Assembly: GCF_030144855.1 (NCBI RefSeq)
Contig: NC_082711.1
Coordinates: forward strand, 70,742,001-70,806,000
Source: Hypanus sabinus
Lineage: Eukaryota
Reading direction: 5' to 3'
DNA length: 64,000 nucleotides
Made by a program: the position numbers and the translations under genes. The notes below the pieces were generated by a model. It was given only the letters and a program-made list of their open reading frames with translations, made no database searches and was not told the origin of the DNA. Positions 36,415 to 49,068 of the stretch are shown here, one piece after another (positions within the stretch are counted from its first letter, which is position 1; every line of letters begins with the position of its first letter).

Positions 36415-37600
36415 TCAAAGTTCAAAGAAAATTTGTTATCAAAGTACATGTATATCACCATACACAACCCTGAGATTCATTTCCTTGTAGACTTACTCAA
36501 TAAATCCAATTACTGTAACAGAATCAATGAAAGCCTTCATCAGCAGGGTGGACAACCCACGTGCAAAAGACAAGAAATTGTGCAAATGCAAAGAGAAAGG
36601 AAGGAATAATAGTATTAATAATACAAAATAAATAAGCAATAAATATTGAGAACATGAGATGAGGAGCCTTGAAAGTGAGTCAATAGTTGTGGGAACCTAT
36701 AGACTCAGTAATGGGGCAAGTGAAGTTACTCCCTCTGATTCAAGAGCCTGATGGTTGAGTGGTAATAACTTTTTGTGAACCTGGTGGTGGTGAGTCCTGA
36801 GGCTCCTGTACCTTATTCCTGATAGCAGCAGTGAGAAGAGAGCACATCCTAGTTGGTGGGGTCCCTTATGCTGGATGCTGCTTCAAGTAGGCTTCAATTA
36901 TACCGGGGCCTACAAAGAACGTGGTAACCTGCCTCGATGACTATTGTCCAGTAGCACTTACATCTGCAGTGATGAAGTGATTTTAGGTTGGTGATGTGAC
37001 ATATCAACTGCCTCCTGAGAAGTGACTTGATATCATTCCATTTTGACTACTGGCACAAGAGGTCCACAGCAGATGCCACTTCATTGGCTCTTCCCTCAAC
37101 CCTGGAACATCTGGACAGAAAAGCTGTAAACATCATGATACTTTTTATCGAATACAGTACAGCATTCACTACTATTATCCCCATTGAACTAATCGATAAT
37201 CTTCTGCAATTGAAGTGTCGAGGCTAAGGTCCAGAATCAAAATCTGGCTTTGTGGTGCTACAACAACAATCTCTCACTCAATGTAATCAAGACCAAGGAG
37301 ATGATTGTTGACTTCAGAGGAGGAAACTGGAGATCCATGAGCCAGTTCCTGTCGATGGATCCAAACAAGAGAGGACCGGGCTGGGCCCAGCATGTAGGTG
37401 AAATTATGAAGAAATCATGGCAGTGTCTCTACTTCCTTATAAGTTTGCAAAGATGTGGCATAGCATCTAAAACTTTGACAAACTTCTATAGATATATGTG
37501 ATGGAGAGTATATTGACTGGTTGCATCATGGTCTGGTATGGAAACACCAATGCTCTTGAATGGAAAATATAGAAACGTAGCACTGGATAAGCCACAGTTT
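36415..37600. mobile_element. Rex1/Babar LINE with 5' inversion (3' end on minus 36415-36884; RT part on plus 36878-37600)
   Basis: Minus arm encodes a decayed KAAS..RDP...ALFSLL.SG..YRSLR; plus arm encodes CF..ASIIP..TCLDDYCPVALTS, RSTADATS, KTKEMIVDFR, WYGNTNALEWK. Confidence 0.8.
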
Positions 37601-38046
37601 TCTCCAACTAAAAGTTAGGAAAAATCAAGCCTTCTTTCTTAGCTAGAGATTCTATGCATGTAACTTTCCAAAAATAAGCCAATTGGTTCACAACACTAAG
37701 GCCATGTTTTAGTTCAAAATGAGCTCTAGATCTCATTTTCAGATGGCCCATTGTAAACATTTTTTCACCTGACTCTGGATCTGCTGTATTCAGATGCTGT
37801 CAAAGCCCTGACAGTAACCTTTGTAACAATTATTTCAACATACTGCTGGCTAACCTAACCTTGTCAGCTTGAGGAGGTTCAAAGATTTTCTGCCTGGTTC
37901 CTAATGCATATCAAGCTCTTTTCACCCATCAGTGGTGTCTGCTGATTTCAATGGCTCCTGATGAAACAATGCTTTAATTTTACAAACAGCTACCAAGGCA
38001 CAAAGCTCGCACATTTCTCTTAAAACCATTCTTTCTCACTACTTTT

Positions 38047-39712
38047 CATAAAAACATAGAAAACATACAGCACAATACAGGTCCTTTGGCCCACAAAACT
38101 GCGCCGAACATGTCCCTACCTTAGAACTACCTAGACTTTACCCTCTATTTTTCTAAGATCCATGTAGCCATCTAGGCATCTTTTAAAAGACCCTATTGTT
38201 TCTGCCTCCACCACCACCGCTGGCAGCCCATTCCACGCACTCACCACCCTCTGCATAAAAAAACCCACCCCTGACATCTCCTCTGTACTTACTTCCAAGC
38301 ACCTTAAAACTAGGCCCTCTAGTGCTAGTGATTTCAACCCTAGGAAAAAGCCTCTGACTATCCACACAATCAATGTCTCTCATTATCTTGTACACCTCTA
38401 TCAAGTCACCTCTCATCCTCTGTCGCTCCAAGGAGAAAAGACCGAGTTCACTGAACCTATTCTCATAAGGAATGCTCCCCAATCTAGGCAACATCCTTGT
38501 AAATCTCTTCTGCACCCTTTCTATGGCTTCCACATCCTTCTTGTAGTGAGGCAACCAGAACTGAGCACAGTACTCCAAGTGGGGTCTGACCAGGGTCTGA
38601 TGTAGCTGCAACATTACCTCTCTACTCCTAAACTCAATCCCACGATTGATGAAGGCCAATGCACTGTATGCCCTCTTAACCACAGAGTCAACCTGCGCAG
38701 CAGCTTTGAGTGTCCTATGGACTTGGACCCCAAGATCCCTCTGATCCTCCACACTGCCAAGAGTCTTACCATATATTCTGCCATCATATTTGACCTACCA
38801 AAATGAACCACCTCGCACTTATTTGGGTTGATCTCCATCTGCCACTTCTCAGCCCATTTTTGCATCCTATCAATGTCCCACTGTAACCTCTGACAGCCCA
38901 CCACACTATCCACAATACACCCAACCTTTGTGTCATCAGAAAATTTACTAACTCATCCCTCTACTTCCTCATCCAGGTCATTTATAAAAATCACAAAGGG
39001 TAGGGGGTCCCTGAGGCACACCATTGGTCACTGGCTTCCATGCAGAATATGACCCGTCTACAACCACTCCTTGCCTTCTGTGGGCAAACCAGTTCTGGAT
39101 GCACAAAGCAATGCACCCTTGGATCCCATGCCTCCTTACTTTCTCAATAAGCCTTGCATGGGGTACCTTATCAAATGCCTTGCTGAAATCCATATACACT
39201 ACACCTATGTCTCTACCTTCATCAATGTGTTTAGTCACATCCTCAAAAAATTCAATCAGGCTCGTAAGGTATGACCTGCCTTTGACAAAGCAATACTGAT
39301 ATTCCTCATCATTTAATGCCTCTCCAAATGTTCATAAATCCTGCCTTTCAGGATCTTCATCAACTTACCAACCATTGAAGTAAGACTCACGGGCCTATAA
39401 TTTCCTGGGTTATCTCTACTCCCTTTCTTGAATAAGGGAACAACATCTGCAACCCACCAATCCTCCAGAACCTCTCCCGTCCCCATTGATGATGCAAAGA
39501 TCATCGCCAGAGGATCAGCAATCTCCTCCCTCACTTCCCACAGTAGCCTGGGGTACATCTCATCCAGTCCCGGTGACTTATCCAACTTGATGCTTTCCAA
39601 AAGCTCCAGCACATCCTCTTTCTTAATATCTACATTCTCAAGCTTTTCAGTCCACTGCAAGTCATCTCTACAATTGCCAAGATCTTTTTCCATAGCGAAT
39701 ACTGAAGCAAAG
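38047..39712 (-). mobile_element. 5'-truncated CR1 LINE (different subfamily)
   Basis: Antisense KSPGLDEMYPRLL, YMDFSKAFDKVPH, LEYCAQFW; CATAGAAAA repeat tail. Confidence 0.93.
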
Positions 39713-39844
39713 AAAATACTTTTCTTCCTTAAGATGTTCTTTAAATTCTACCTTTTTGAGCAATCTATTGATCACCTTTCCTATCATATTAGTTGATGGA
39801 CTTTTGGCACCCTGTCCTATGTCTCCTATGACACACAACTCTGC

Positions 39845-40830
39845 ACAGGCCTCCTCAATTTCCTAGAACCTGAGTCAAATATGAATCCAATCAGCTATTT
39901 CCCTGTTGGATCCCATATGACCTAACCTTACAGACTAGCCAATGATGAGGGGCCATATCAAAAGCCTTCAGTAAGTCCATATTGACAACATCCACTGCCC
40001 CAACCTCGTCTATTCTCTTGGCTACTTCCTTGAAGAACTCCCAGATATTTGTCAGGCATCACTTCCCATGCACAAAACCATGGTAAGTGTGACTATAAAT
40101 CTCTATCTCTCCAAATGATGGCAGATCCTGTCCCTAAGAATTTTCTTTAGCAATATCAGACTCACAGGGCTGTAAATTTCTGGTTTGTTTTTGCTACCCT
40201 TTATAAACAATCAGTTACTTTCCAATCCACTGGAATCTCTCCTGTGGTCAGAGATGAGTAAGATTTTCTGTAAGTCTATGCAATTTCTTCTCCAGCTACC
40301 CACAAGGTCCAAAGGTGCACTCGATCTGGCACCAACTTCATGCACTGTAAGGCACCAATATCTCTTGCCCTGTCAATACATATTCATTTCCCCCAGTGTC
40401 CCAGTGTCCAACGTTTCTCCCACAATGAAGAGAAATATTCCTTAAAAATCTCCTTTTTTTTTGGATCCACATACAGATGGTCACACTGATCTTAACAAGA
40501 CCTATTCTCCACTTAGCCGTCCTTTTAAATACCTATAAAATCACGCAGGATTGTGCCTCACCTTGCCTGCTAGATCCCTCTCTAGCCTCATCTTGCCCTA
40601 GCAACATCTCTCAAGAGCATTGGTAGACTTAGTCAGCAAGTTCACTAGTTCCCAGTTGCTTAAATGCAATGTATATCTCCCTCTTCATATTGATCTGAAT
40701 CTCAAAATCTCTTTTTAATCAGGACTCCTGAATCCTGCCCTTCACCCCAGCAGGAATGTGCAAGCCCTGAACACTTGACATCATACTTTTACAAGCCTCA
40801 CATTTGGCAGAGGTTCCTTTCCCTGCAAAC
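39845..40830 (-). mobile_element. Old CR1 ORF2 fragment
   Basis: Decayed antisense MDLLKAFD/HGFVHGK segments at 39950-40090. Confidence 0.6.
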
Positions 40831-40844
40831 TAAAGACCCACTAT

Positions 40845-41110
40845 TGATCTAAAATTCTTAGCTGGCTCAACAGACTAGATGCAGAGAATGTGTTTCCATT
40901 AGCTGAAGTCTGCTGGACCAGATACAGTTTAGAAAAGGGGTTGGACCTCCAGAACTGAAATTAGGAGAATCTTCTTTAATCAGCAGATGGTGAACCCGGA
41001 GGGGTGTGCAGACTCAATCATTACATCCATTTAAAACAGACAGTGATTGATTTTTGGATTTGAACAGAGCCAAGAGGCAGGATGATAGAGATGGAAAATG
41101 GCACACAGGT
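40845..41110 (+). mobile_element. Old CR1 3' fragment
   Basis: GAAATTAGGAGAATCTTCTTTAATCAGCAGATGGTGAA resembles RRNFFSQRVV. Confidence 0.55.
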
Positions 41111-41875
41111 AGAAGATCAAAGTTTGGCAGAGTAGACCATCATAAAAGGGCAGCAGTAAAGCTTCATTCACCCCTTATTTTACCTTTTAAAATTAGTAAC
41201 AGTACATTAGTACCCAGAAACTCTGGATCACAAATCTATTTACTCATTGCCACTGTGCCAGCAATTCTGAAGGCAAAGAAAATCTGTTATGTGTCTGCTA
41301 GTTAGTGACCTTTGAACAAGATTATAATTCCATCAATTTTTTTTGATTCAGCATCTGTTTTTATCCTTTACCCTTCTCTGAAGGGAACCTGCAAGAGAGA
41401 AAGCCTGTGGTTATCAATGATAGCCTACAACAATTTCTCTGTATTATTCTGTGCTTTCTGAAGTTAATAGGGTCAACTTCAGACATTCTTTTGCATTGCA
41501 GTAGTTCGAGTGGTTGCTTATTACTTTTGTCTCTAGGGCAATTAGGGATGGCCTTGTTAGCAACAATCATAAATGGATTAAAAAATATCTTGCCATGTAT
41601 TTCAAACATATGGTATTCAGAGGGCATCTAATATTTAAAAAGTTATCCTCAAATGTTTCCACAAGGTGGCATTGTACACACAAACCCAATTGTGATTTAA
41701 CTGTAAAAGCTTAATTTATAATTGTGAACTTTCTATGAATATGACAATATAAATTGTTCAGTGATTTTCTGACTCCATAAGTACAAACTGATCCCATGTT
41801 TAGTGCCAGCATTTTAATAATACTATTGTATCCATACGTGTTGAAATAAATGAGATTCCTTTCTATTTATTATAT

Positions 41876-43336
41876 ATAACCATATAACAATTACAGCACG
41901 GAAACAGGCCATCTCGGCCCTTCTAGTCCGTGCCAAACGCTTACTCTCACCTAGTCCCACTGACCTGCACTCAGCCCATAACCCTCCATTCCTTTCCTGT
42001 CCATATACCTATCCAATTTTACTTTAAATGACAATACCGAACCTGCCTCTACCACTTCTACTGGAAGCTCATTCCACACAGCTACCACTCTCTGAGTAAA
42101 GAAATACCCCCTCGTGTTACACTTAAACTTTTGCCCCCTAACTCTCAACTCATGTCCTCTTCTTTGAATCTCCCCTACTCTCAATGGAAAAAGCCTATCC
42201 ACGTTAACTCTATCTATCCACCTCATAATTTTAAATACCTCTATCTAGTCCCCCCTCAACCTTCTACGCTCCAAGAATAAAGACCTAACTTGCAATCTTT
42301 CCCTGTAACTTAGGTGCTGAAACTCAGGTAACATTCTAGTAAATCTTCTCTGTACTCTCTCTATGTTGTTAACATTTTTCCTATAATTAGGTGACCAGAA
42401 CTGTACACAATACTCCAAATTCGGCCTTACCAATGCCTTGTACAATTTTAACATTTCATCCCAACTCCTATACTCAATGCTCTGATTTATAAAGGCCAAC
42501 ATACCAAAAGCTTTCTTCATCACCCTATCCACATGAGATTCCACCTTCAGGGAACTATGCATCATTATTCCTAGATCACTCTGTTCTACTGCATTCTTCA
42601 ATGCCCTACCATTTACCATGTATGTCCTATTTTGATTATTCCTACCAAAATGTAGCACCACTCTTATCAGCATTAAACTCCATCTGCCATCGCTCAGCCC
42701 ACTCTTCTAACTGTCCTAAACCTCTTTGCAAACTTTGAAAACCTACTTCATTATCCACAACGCCATCTACCTTAGTATCATCTGTATAGTTACTTATCCA
42801 ATTTACCACCCCATCATCCAGATCATTAATGTATATGACAAACAACATTGGACCCAGTACAGATCCCTGAGGCACACCACTAGTCACCGGCCTCCAACAT
42901 GACAAACAGTTATCCACCACTACTCTCTGGCATCTCCCATCCAGCCACTGTTGAATCCATTTTACCACTTCAATATTAATACCTAATGATTGAACCTTCC
43001 TAACTAACCCTCTGTGCAGAACCTTGTCAGAGGCCTTACTGAAGTCCATATAGACAACATCCACTGCTTTACCCTCGTCAACTTTCCTCGTAACCTCTTC
43101 AAAAAATTCAATAAGATTTGTCAAACATAACCTTCCAAGCACCAATCCATGTTGACTGTTCCTAATCAGACCCTGTCTATCCAGATAATTATATATACTA
43201 TCTCTAAGAATACTTTCCATTAATTTACCCATCACCAACGTCAAACTGACAGGTCTATAATTGCTACGTTTATTCTTAGAACCCTTTTTAAACAATGGAA
43301 CCACATGAGCAATACACCAATCCTCCAGCACCATCC
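41876..43336 (-). mobile_element. 5'-truncated CR1 LINE, well preserved
   Basis: ORFs 42642-43334, 42245-42673 and 41951-42226: NYRPVSLT, GVPQGSVLGP, YTDDTKV, LEYCVQFWSP; ATAACCAT tail. Confidence 0.95.
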
Positions 43337-43764
43337 ATGCTTTTAGTTATGGCTTAACTGATGTCAAGTAATACCTTATCAATGTAAGATATACTCCGGT
43401 CTTTACACTATGAACTCTAAACACTGACACTCAATCTTTGACCAACACTCAGAATGAATTCCTCCTTACTTGGAGAATCAGGTAGATAACATTTATCAAA
43501 AAAAAACTCTAATGTGGCTTTTCGAATTGAGTTGGCCAAAGCTGCAGTTGGTAACTTGGTTGGAATACTGATATGATTTATCATCAATGCTCAATGTATA
43601 GGTACTGTCAATCACAATGCTCTCTGCTCACACTGCTGTCACATTTCCACTCCTTTCCCAACAGTTAACCAGGTAGAAAGCAATCATTCTCATCTCTTCT
43701 GTCATGGTGTTGATTTTTGATTTATATTTTCCAGGGATTGATTTCTTCCTACTAACATTATCAA

Positions 43765-44915
43765 ATCCCTGATTAAGGATCTGGGCCAAAAACATGACCC
43801 CCCCCCCCCCCCCTCTATATATTGCTGCCTGGCTTGTGTAGTTCTTCCAGAATTTTGTGTGTGTTGCTCAAGATTTCCAGTACCTGGAGGATCTTTTGGA
43901 TCTCTTGATCATATCCCTTCCATACTTTGACTTATTTCATTTCTTTTCTCTGAGTTCTATCCCAAAGTGAAAATAACCCGAGCGGCCTCAGTGAGATTGC
44001 TGGAGGAAGTCAGCATGTCAGGCAGCATCTATGGAGGCAAAGGGAAGGTCAAAGTTACAAATCGAGATCTTGCTTCAGGACTGTGAGAGCAGAAGGGAGC
44101 ATGAAGAGGAGAGAGGGAGGAGTGAGACGAGTTGAAATTAGCTAAGGAGGGATTGATGCACAGATGGAACCAGGTGAGGCCAGCAGAGGTTTGAAATAAA
44201 GGCTGGATGGTGATGGTGGATAAATTGGCAGATGGAACCAGGTAAGGAGAGGGGAGGGGAAAGGCACAGTCAAAGGCTGTAAGATGATAGTGGAGTTGAT
44301 TAAAAAGAGGGTTGATAAGCAGGTGCAATTAGTTCGTGGAGGGTAATGAATGTGGGTAATTTGGGTGTGTAGTTGGTAGCTAAGAGGGAGGAATGGAAAA
44401 GGTGAACTGGATAGAGTGAGAGGAGAGGCTTGAACAGACCAGGGAGTCTCAAAGAGTGTTCATTCCTTCTGGTCTACTTAGATTCAATCCTTCTTTGTCG
44501 TCTTTTTCATTCCCCCCACCTCCTTGTTGTGTAGATTTATCACTCTCTCCCATCTGGATCTGCCTTCATTACCCATACACCTCTGTACCTGGGTTTCTTC
44601 TTTCTTGGTTTACTTTTCCTACCCCTCCCCCATTTTGTTCCTTATCCTACCCCCCATTCCTCCATTTTTTCCTTATCAGTTTCCACCTGTCACTTACCAG
44701 CCTCTTTCTCAAAACTCTCCCCTCCTCCCCCCCGTATTTGATTATGTCTGTCCATCATCCTCCAACTCTCTGGGTTCCAGTTTACTAGTTTGCGGTGTCA
44801 ACCTTCCCTCTACGCTTCAGCCTTATTGCTGGGCCTTGACCTGAAATGTCAACCATCCTTTAGCCCGCACTGATGGTGTTTAACCTGCTGAGATGCTCCA
44901 GCAGTTGCAGTCTCT
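43765..44915. mobile_element. Cluster of Penelope 3' repeats in both orientations
   Basis: Plus copy 43765-43890, minus copy from about 43995 with a purine-rich body, plus copy ending about 44915 after a pyrimidine-rich body. Confidence 0.6.
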
Positions 44916-45707
44916 AGTGTTTCTTTAGTCTCTCCTTATTGTTGGTATTTTCTCACAGACTTTTACCTTGAAGTGCAGCAAGATTTTAATCTTTCCTAAA
45001 AGCAGCTCCTGTAATCTGAATACAAAGTATTTTAATTACAGCTCAGTCAATAGTTTGTGTAGGTTAGCATCACCTTGTTACTTTTAAACTCAATATGCAA
45101 TTTAGAAAATCTGGAATCCAATGCTTTTGTCAAACCTGTATCACTTTACAACTGTAATTATTTTTATATCTAAAGCTCAATGCCTTCTACTTCTCTACCC
45201 TTTCTAAAATGTAATCATTTGGAGAATATATCCTTTCATTGCTCTTTCCAGAATGTTAACTTACACTTATGACCATGAATTTCATATAATTTCAATTTGT
45301 TAATCCATTTTATGTCTTTCTGAAGTTGCTTACAGCCCCTTTCACAATTAGCCATTCTTTATCGAAAACTCTAATAATGCTCCCAGAAGCTCTCTCATAC
45401 CATTATCAAATATATTCCAAAAATCCATGGGCATGCAATTAACTAGAATCCAATAAACAGTGTTAAAATCACAAGACTTAGCTTACTTTTCATGAATCTG
45501 TTTAGTGTTTAATCAATTCATTGTTATACAGGATCCATTTTATCCTCTGTAACTGCTATCCGTGGTCCTTCGATTTCAATCATTACAACTTCTTTCATAT
45601 TTATCTTCAATAAATTAGAATTTTTATCATTAAGTTAATTTTTGACAATCCCCCTCAGTCTGTCACTTCCTCCCCTCACAACTAATTTACAATTGAGGTT
45701 TCCAAGT

Positions 45708-45970
45708 TAGACCACAAGATATAGGAGCAGAATTAGGCCATTTGGCCCATCGAGCCTGCTCCACCATTCATCATGGCTGATCCATTTTTCTCTCAGCCCG
45801 TCTCCTGCATCCCTTCATGCCCTGACCAATCAAAAATCGATCTGCCTTGGCCTTAAATATACGTAAAGTCTTGGCATTCACAGCTGCCTGCGGCAACAAA
45901 TACCACAGACTCACCACTCTCTGGCTGAAGAAATTCCTCCTCATTCTTATCTAAAACGATGCCCCCTACC
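45708..45970 (-). mobile_element. CR1 3'UTR fragment
   Basis: ATAGGAGCAGAATTAGGCCATTTGGCCCATCGAG as in the other CR1 tails. Confidence 0.85.
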
Positions 45971-46199
45971 TTGTTCTACCCTTATATCAAATACATGCTC
46001 TCCTTTATTTCCCAGAATTAGATCGATGTTGCCTTTATCTTTGAAACTGTTTAGTGCCCAGTTTTTTTATTAAACCACTTCCTTCACTGCAAGGTGACAC
46101 AATGCCATTGCAACGTTCATTTACATTTATTATTGTAGCTTTTTGTAGTTGGATGCAAATGCAACCTTCAAACTGTGAACATTATATTTAAAAAAAATT

Positions 46200-46330
46200 G
46201 AAACACAAGCGAGTGAAGATGCTGGAAATCTGGGCAACACACATAGGTACAGGAGCTCAGATGACCAGGCAACATCTATGGAAAGAAATGGTCAGTCAAA
46301 GTTTCAGGTCAAGACTGGAAAGAAAGAGGA
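46200..46330 (-). repeat. Penelope terminal repeat
   Basis: GATGCTGGAAATC...GAGCTCAG...AGGCAACATCTATGGAAAG. Confidence 0.6.
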
Positions 46331-46492
46331 GAGATTCTAGTGTAAAAGGTGGAGTGAAGTGATAAAACAAATATTGAATCCCTTATTCTGACTTTTTAAA
46401 TTTAATTTTGATATCTACCCTGCCAACAACATCATGGGTTTCGGCATTGCATGAAAAAATACCCTCTAAGAATGCAAATTTGGGATGTACAG

Positions 46493-46730
46493 TACTGCAG
46501 TGGTTAGCATAATGCTTTACAGTATCAGAGACCTGGTTTCAATTCCTGCTGCTGCCTGTAAGGAGTTTGCATATTCTCCCTGCCACCATGTGGGTTTCCT
46601 CCCACAGTCCAAAGACGTACTGGTTGGAAGGTTAATGGGTCATTGTAAATTTTCCTGTGATTAGGCTAGGATTAAATCAGGGGGTTGTTGGGCGGTGTAG
46701 CTCGAAGGGTCGATTCCACGCCATATCTCT
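46493..46730 (+). mobile_element. tRNA-derived V-domain SINE
   Basis: A-box-like AGTGGTTAGC, B-box-like GTTTCAATTCC, V-domain GGTTTCCTCCCACAGTCCAAAGAC. Confidence 0.8.
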
Positions 46731-47049
46731 TCTGTTACCCTTCTTTGCATTCTTTTCAGTGACATGCTTAAATCTGTTCTGGTGCTGCAAGCAGCAGCGA
46801 GGTTATTAAATGCAGCTGTTTGACTCTAATTGCAGGAATTTCATTAGCTGCCAAGTGTAACTAGTCCATGATGTTTGTTTGCTTGCTTTCTGTGCTACTC
46901 TCACAAGTGCTGTCTTTTTGAAGTGATATTGGAGAGTGAACCTGCAAATTAGGTGTACAGTACATAATACCTCTTGTGACATTACTCTCAAATTAACATA
47001 GGAGTCTTCCCAACTACTTTTGAAAACATTTATTTCTCAACGTCAATTC

Positions 47050-48130
47050 GATTATCTGGCCAATTATCCCAAATTGCTTCCGGAACCTTCCTGGGATCTA
47101 AAAAAGATCCCTGGCATTGGGACGAAAGTGTTTAACTAACTATTGGATTGCAATAAAGAGGAGGGTCAAAGTGCTAGTAAAACATTAAATAGGGGAATAC
47201 AGAGTCATTACTCAATTGTAAATACCTACTGTACAAATATTGCATCCCATACGCCTGGGATGATGTAGAATAGAACCCATGCAGAAGGTTTTGAAAAAAA
47301 GAGATGGGAAACCTAACTCGTAATGCAATTAACTGTGCAAAGGAAGGGTAAGTATTACACCCCGTAAAAGATTCTCATAAATCACAAAAGTGGTAATCTT
47401 CAGACCAAAGCAAATAATATTGACATTTCACATGGTGGCACTGAACAACTGGTAATGAGAATAAAAAACTTAGCAAAGCACCAGATTGAAGTGTAAAGGC
47501 TACAGCTATAGAAATTAGCCATCACAATTTAATGAAGAAGCTGTGAACAACCACATCATTTGTAAATAAAGATCAGAATTAGTAATACGTGAAAAATTCA
47601 GTGGAATGAGTGGATAAGGTGACAAAAAGAGCAAATGCAGTCCTAAATTTTGCAATTCAGGAAATGAAATGCAAAGGAAAGTCACATTGAATTGATAGAA
47701 TACCTTCTGTTGACGGAACAGTGTATTTTTCTATCCTAACTGATGTAAGAACGATAATAAAACTGGGATAAAGGATAGCAACATTATATTAGAAAGTTAT
47801 CAAGGATGAAAAGTTAGTAGTCTCCTGTCTCATAAATTTTATCAGCTTGAAGAAGTCTCGGCACTGTGTGGAAGATATGAATTGAAATGGTGGTATTAGG
47901 AAGAATGCCATAAACTTGAGATATTTCTTAAAAATGCACGTTATCTAGTGGGTTGTTAGAATATGGAACTTCCAGTCACAAAACATGATTGAAGTAGGGA
48001 TTTTTTTTAAACAATTTGGTAGAAAGTTGCTTAAAATATCAAAAAAAAAGAGCTGAATAGTAGCTTAGATAAGTTGAATTAAGTGACTGAATATAAAGGA
48101 AAAAGATGAATAAAAGATCGGTCTTTTCTA
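47050..48130 (+). mobile_element. Very old CR1-type RT relic
   Basis: AAAAAGAGCAAATGCAGTCCTA (KRANAVL) and GTGGGTTGTTAGAATATGGAAC (VVRIWN) remain recognisable. Confidence 0.45.
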
Positions 48131-48974
48131 CAGAAAGAAATCATGAAGAATGTTGTGTAAGCAATAATTCTGTCAGTTTATTCTCCTAAATCAGTTCCCA
48201 TATTATCAAGATAAATATGCAACACAGCAGAAAAGCCATTGAAAAAGTTATTGAAAGGATTCAGAGTGCATCTATTATCAAAGGCTGTATGTAGTATACA
48301 ACCCGGAGGTTTGTCTTCTCCATAGACAGCTACTAAACAAAGAGCAGACTTTCCAAATTTTGTTTAAAACTTTTGTTTAAAAAGTCATAAAACCAGAACA
48401 CTTTCTAACAAAAACCCAAAATCCTTAACACCTATTGCTGTATTCAAACCCACTCATGCACTGAAATACATAATCATTACAGACAAATTCTGTATAAAAA
48501 GAAATTGAATTCAGGACCAAAAATCTCCCCAAAGAAAATGCCAATATAGTAATAAGGGTAATGAGCAGATATAAAATGAAAACTGAGAGACCAGTTTGGA
48601 TTTTTCTCTTTGACTCCATTTCAGCTACTGATAAAAGTTACACTTCAGCACACAGCCTGTGGTAGCATAGTCTACTATCTATCAGCTTTCAACTATCGTG
48701 GCAGCCTAAGCATCTTCAGGGAACTGCCAATTACAGGACAGCAGCTGAAGGATCCTGCCAGAGAGCTTTTAACCTGGCCCCTTTGCTTGGAAATGTTTGA
48801 GGGATAACTAATAACAGCAGAATGTGTCACTTGAATACAAGCCACGGGTGTTACAACACTGAAATGGTGAAACAAAAATAATAGCTCAAAATGGTCAAAC
48901 CATTTTCTTTTTAATTGTATATTTCCTGTAGGAAACTGGGGGTCAGGTTTTACAGTCAGCAACAGAACTGTTTG

Positions 48975-49068
48975 CAACACATAAAATGCTGGAGGACCTC
49001 AGCAGGTCAAGCAGCATCTATGGAAGTGAATAAACAGTCAACGTTTCAGGCTGAGACCCTTCATCATA
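48975..49068 (-). repeat. Penelope terminal repeat with truncated hammerhead motif
   Basis: Minus strand UGAUGA-AGGGUCUCAGCCU-GAAAC-GUU-GACUG. Confidence 0.7.

Noticed and set aside
41372-41388. Possible 17-nt minus-strand microexon (TTGCAG...GG|GTAAAG)
   Set aside because: Weak donor, not a multiple of three, no supporting gene context.
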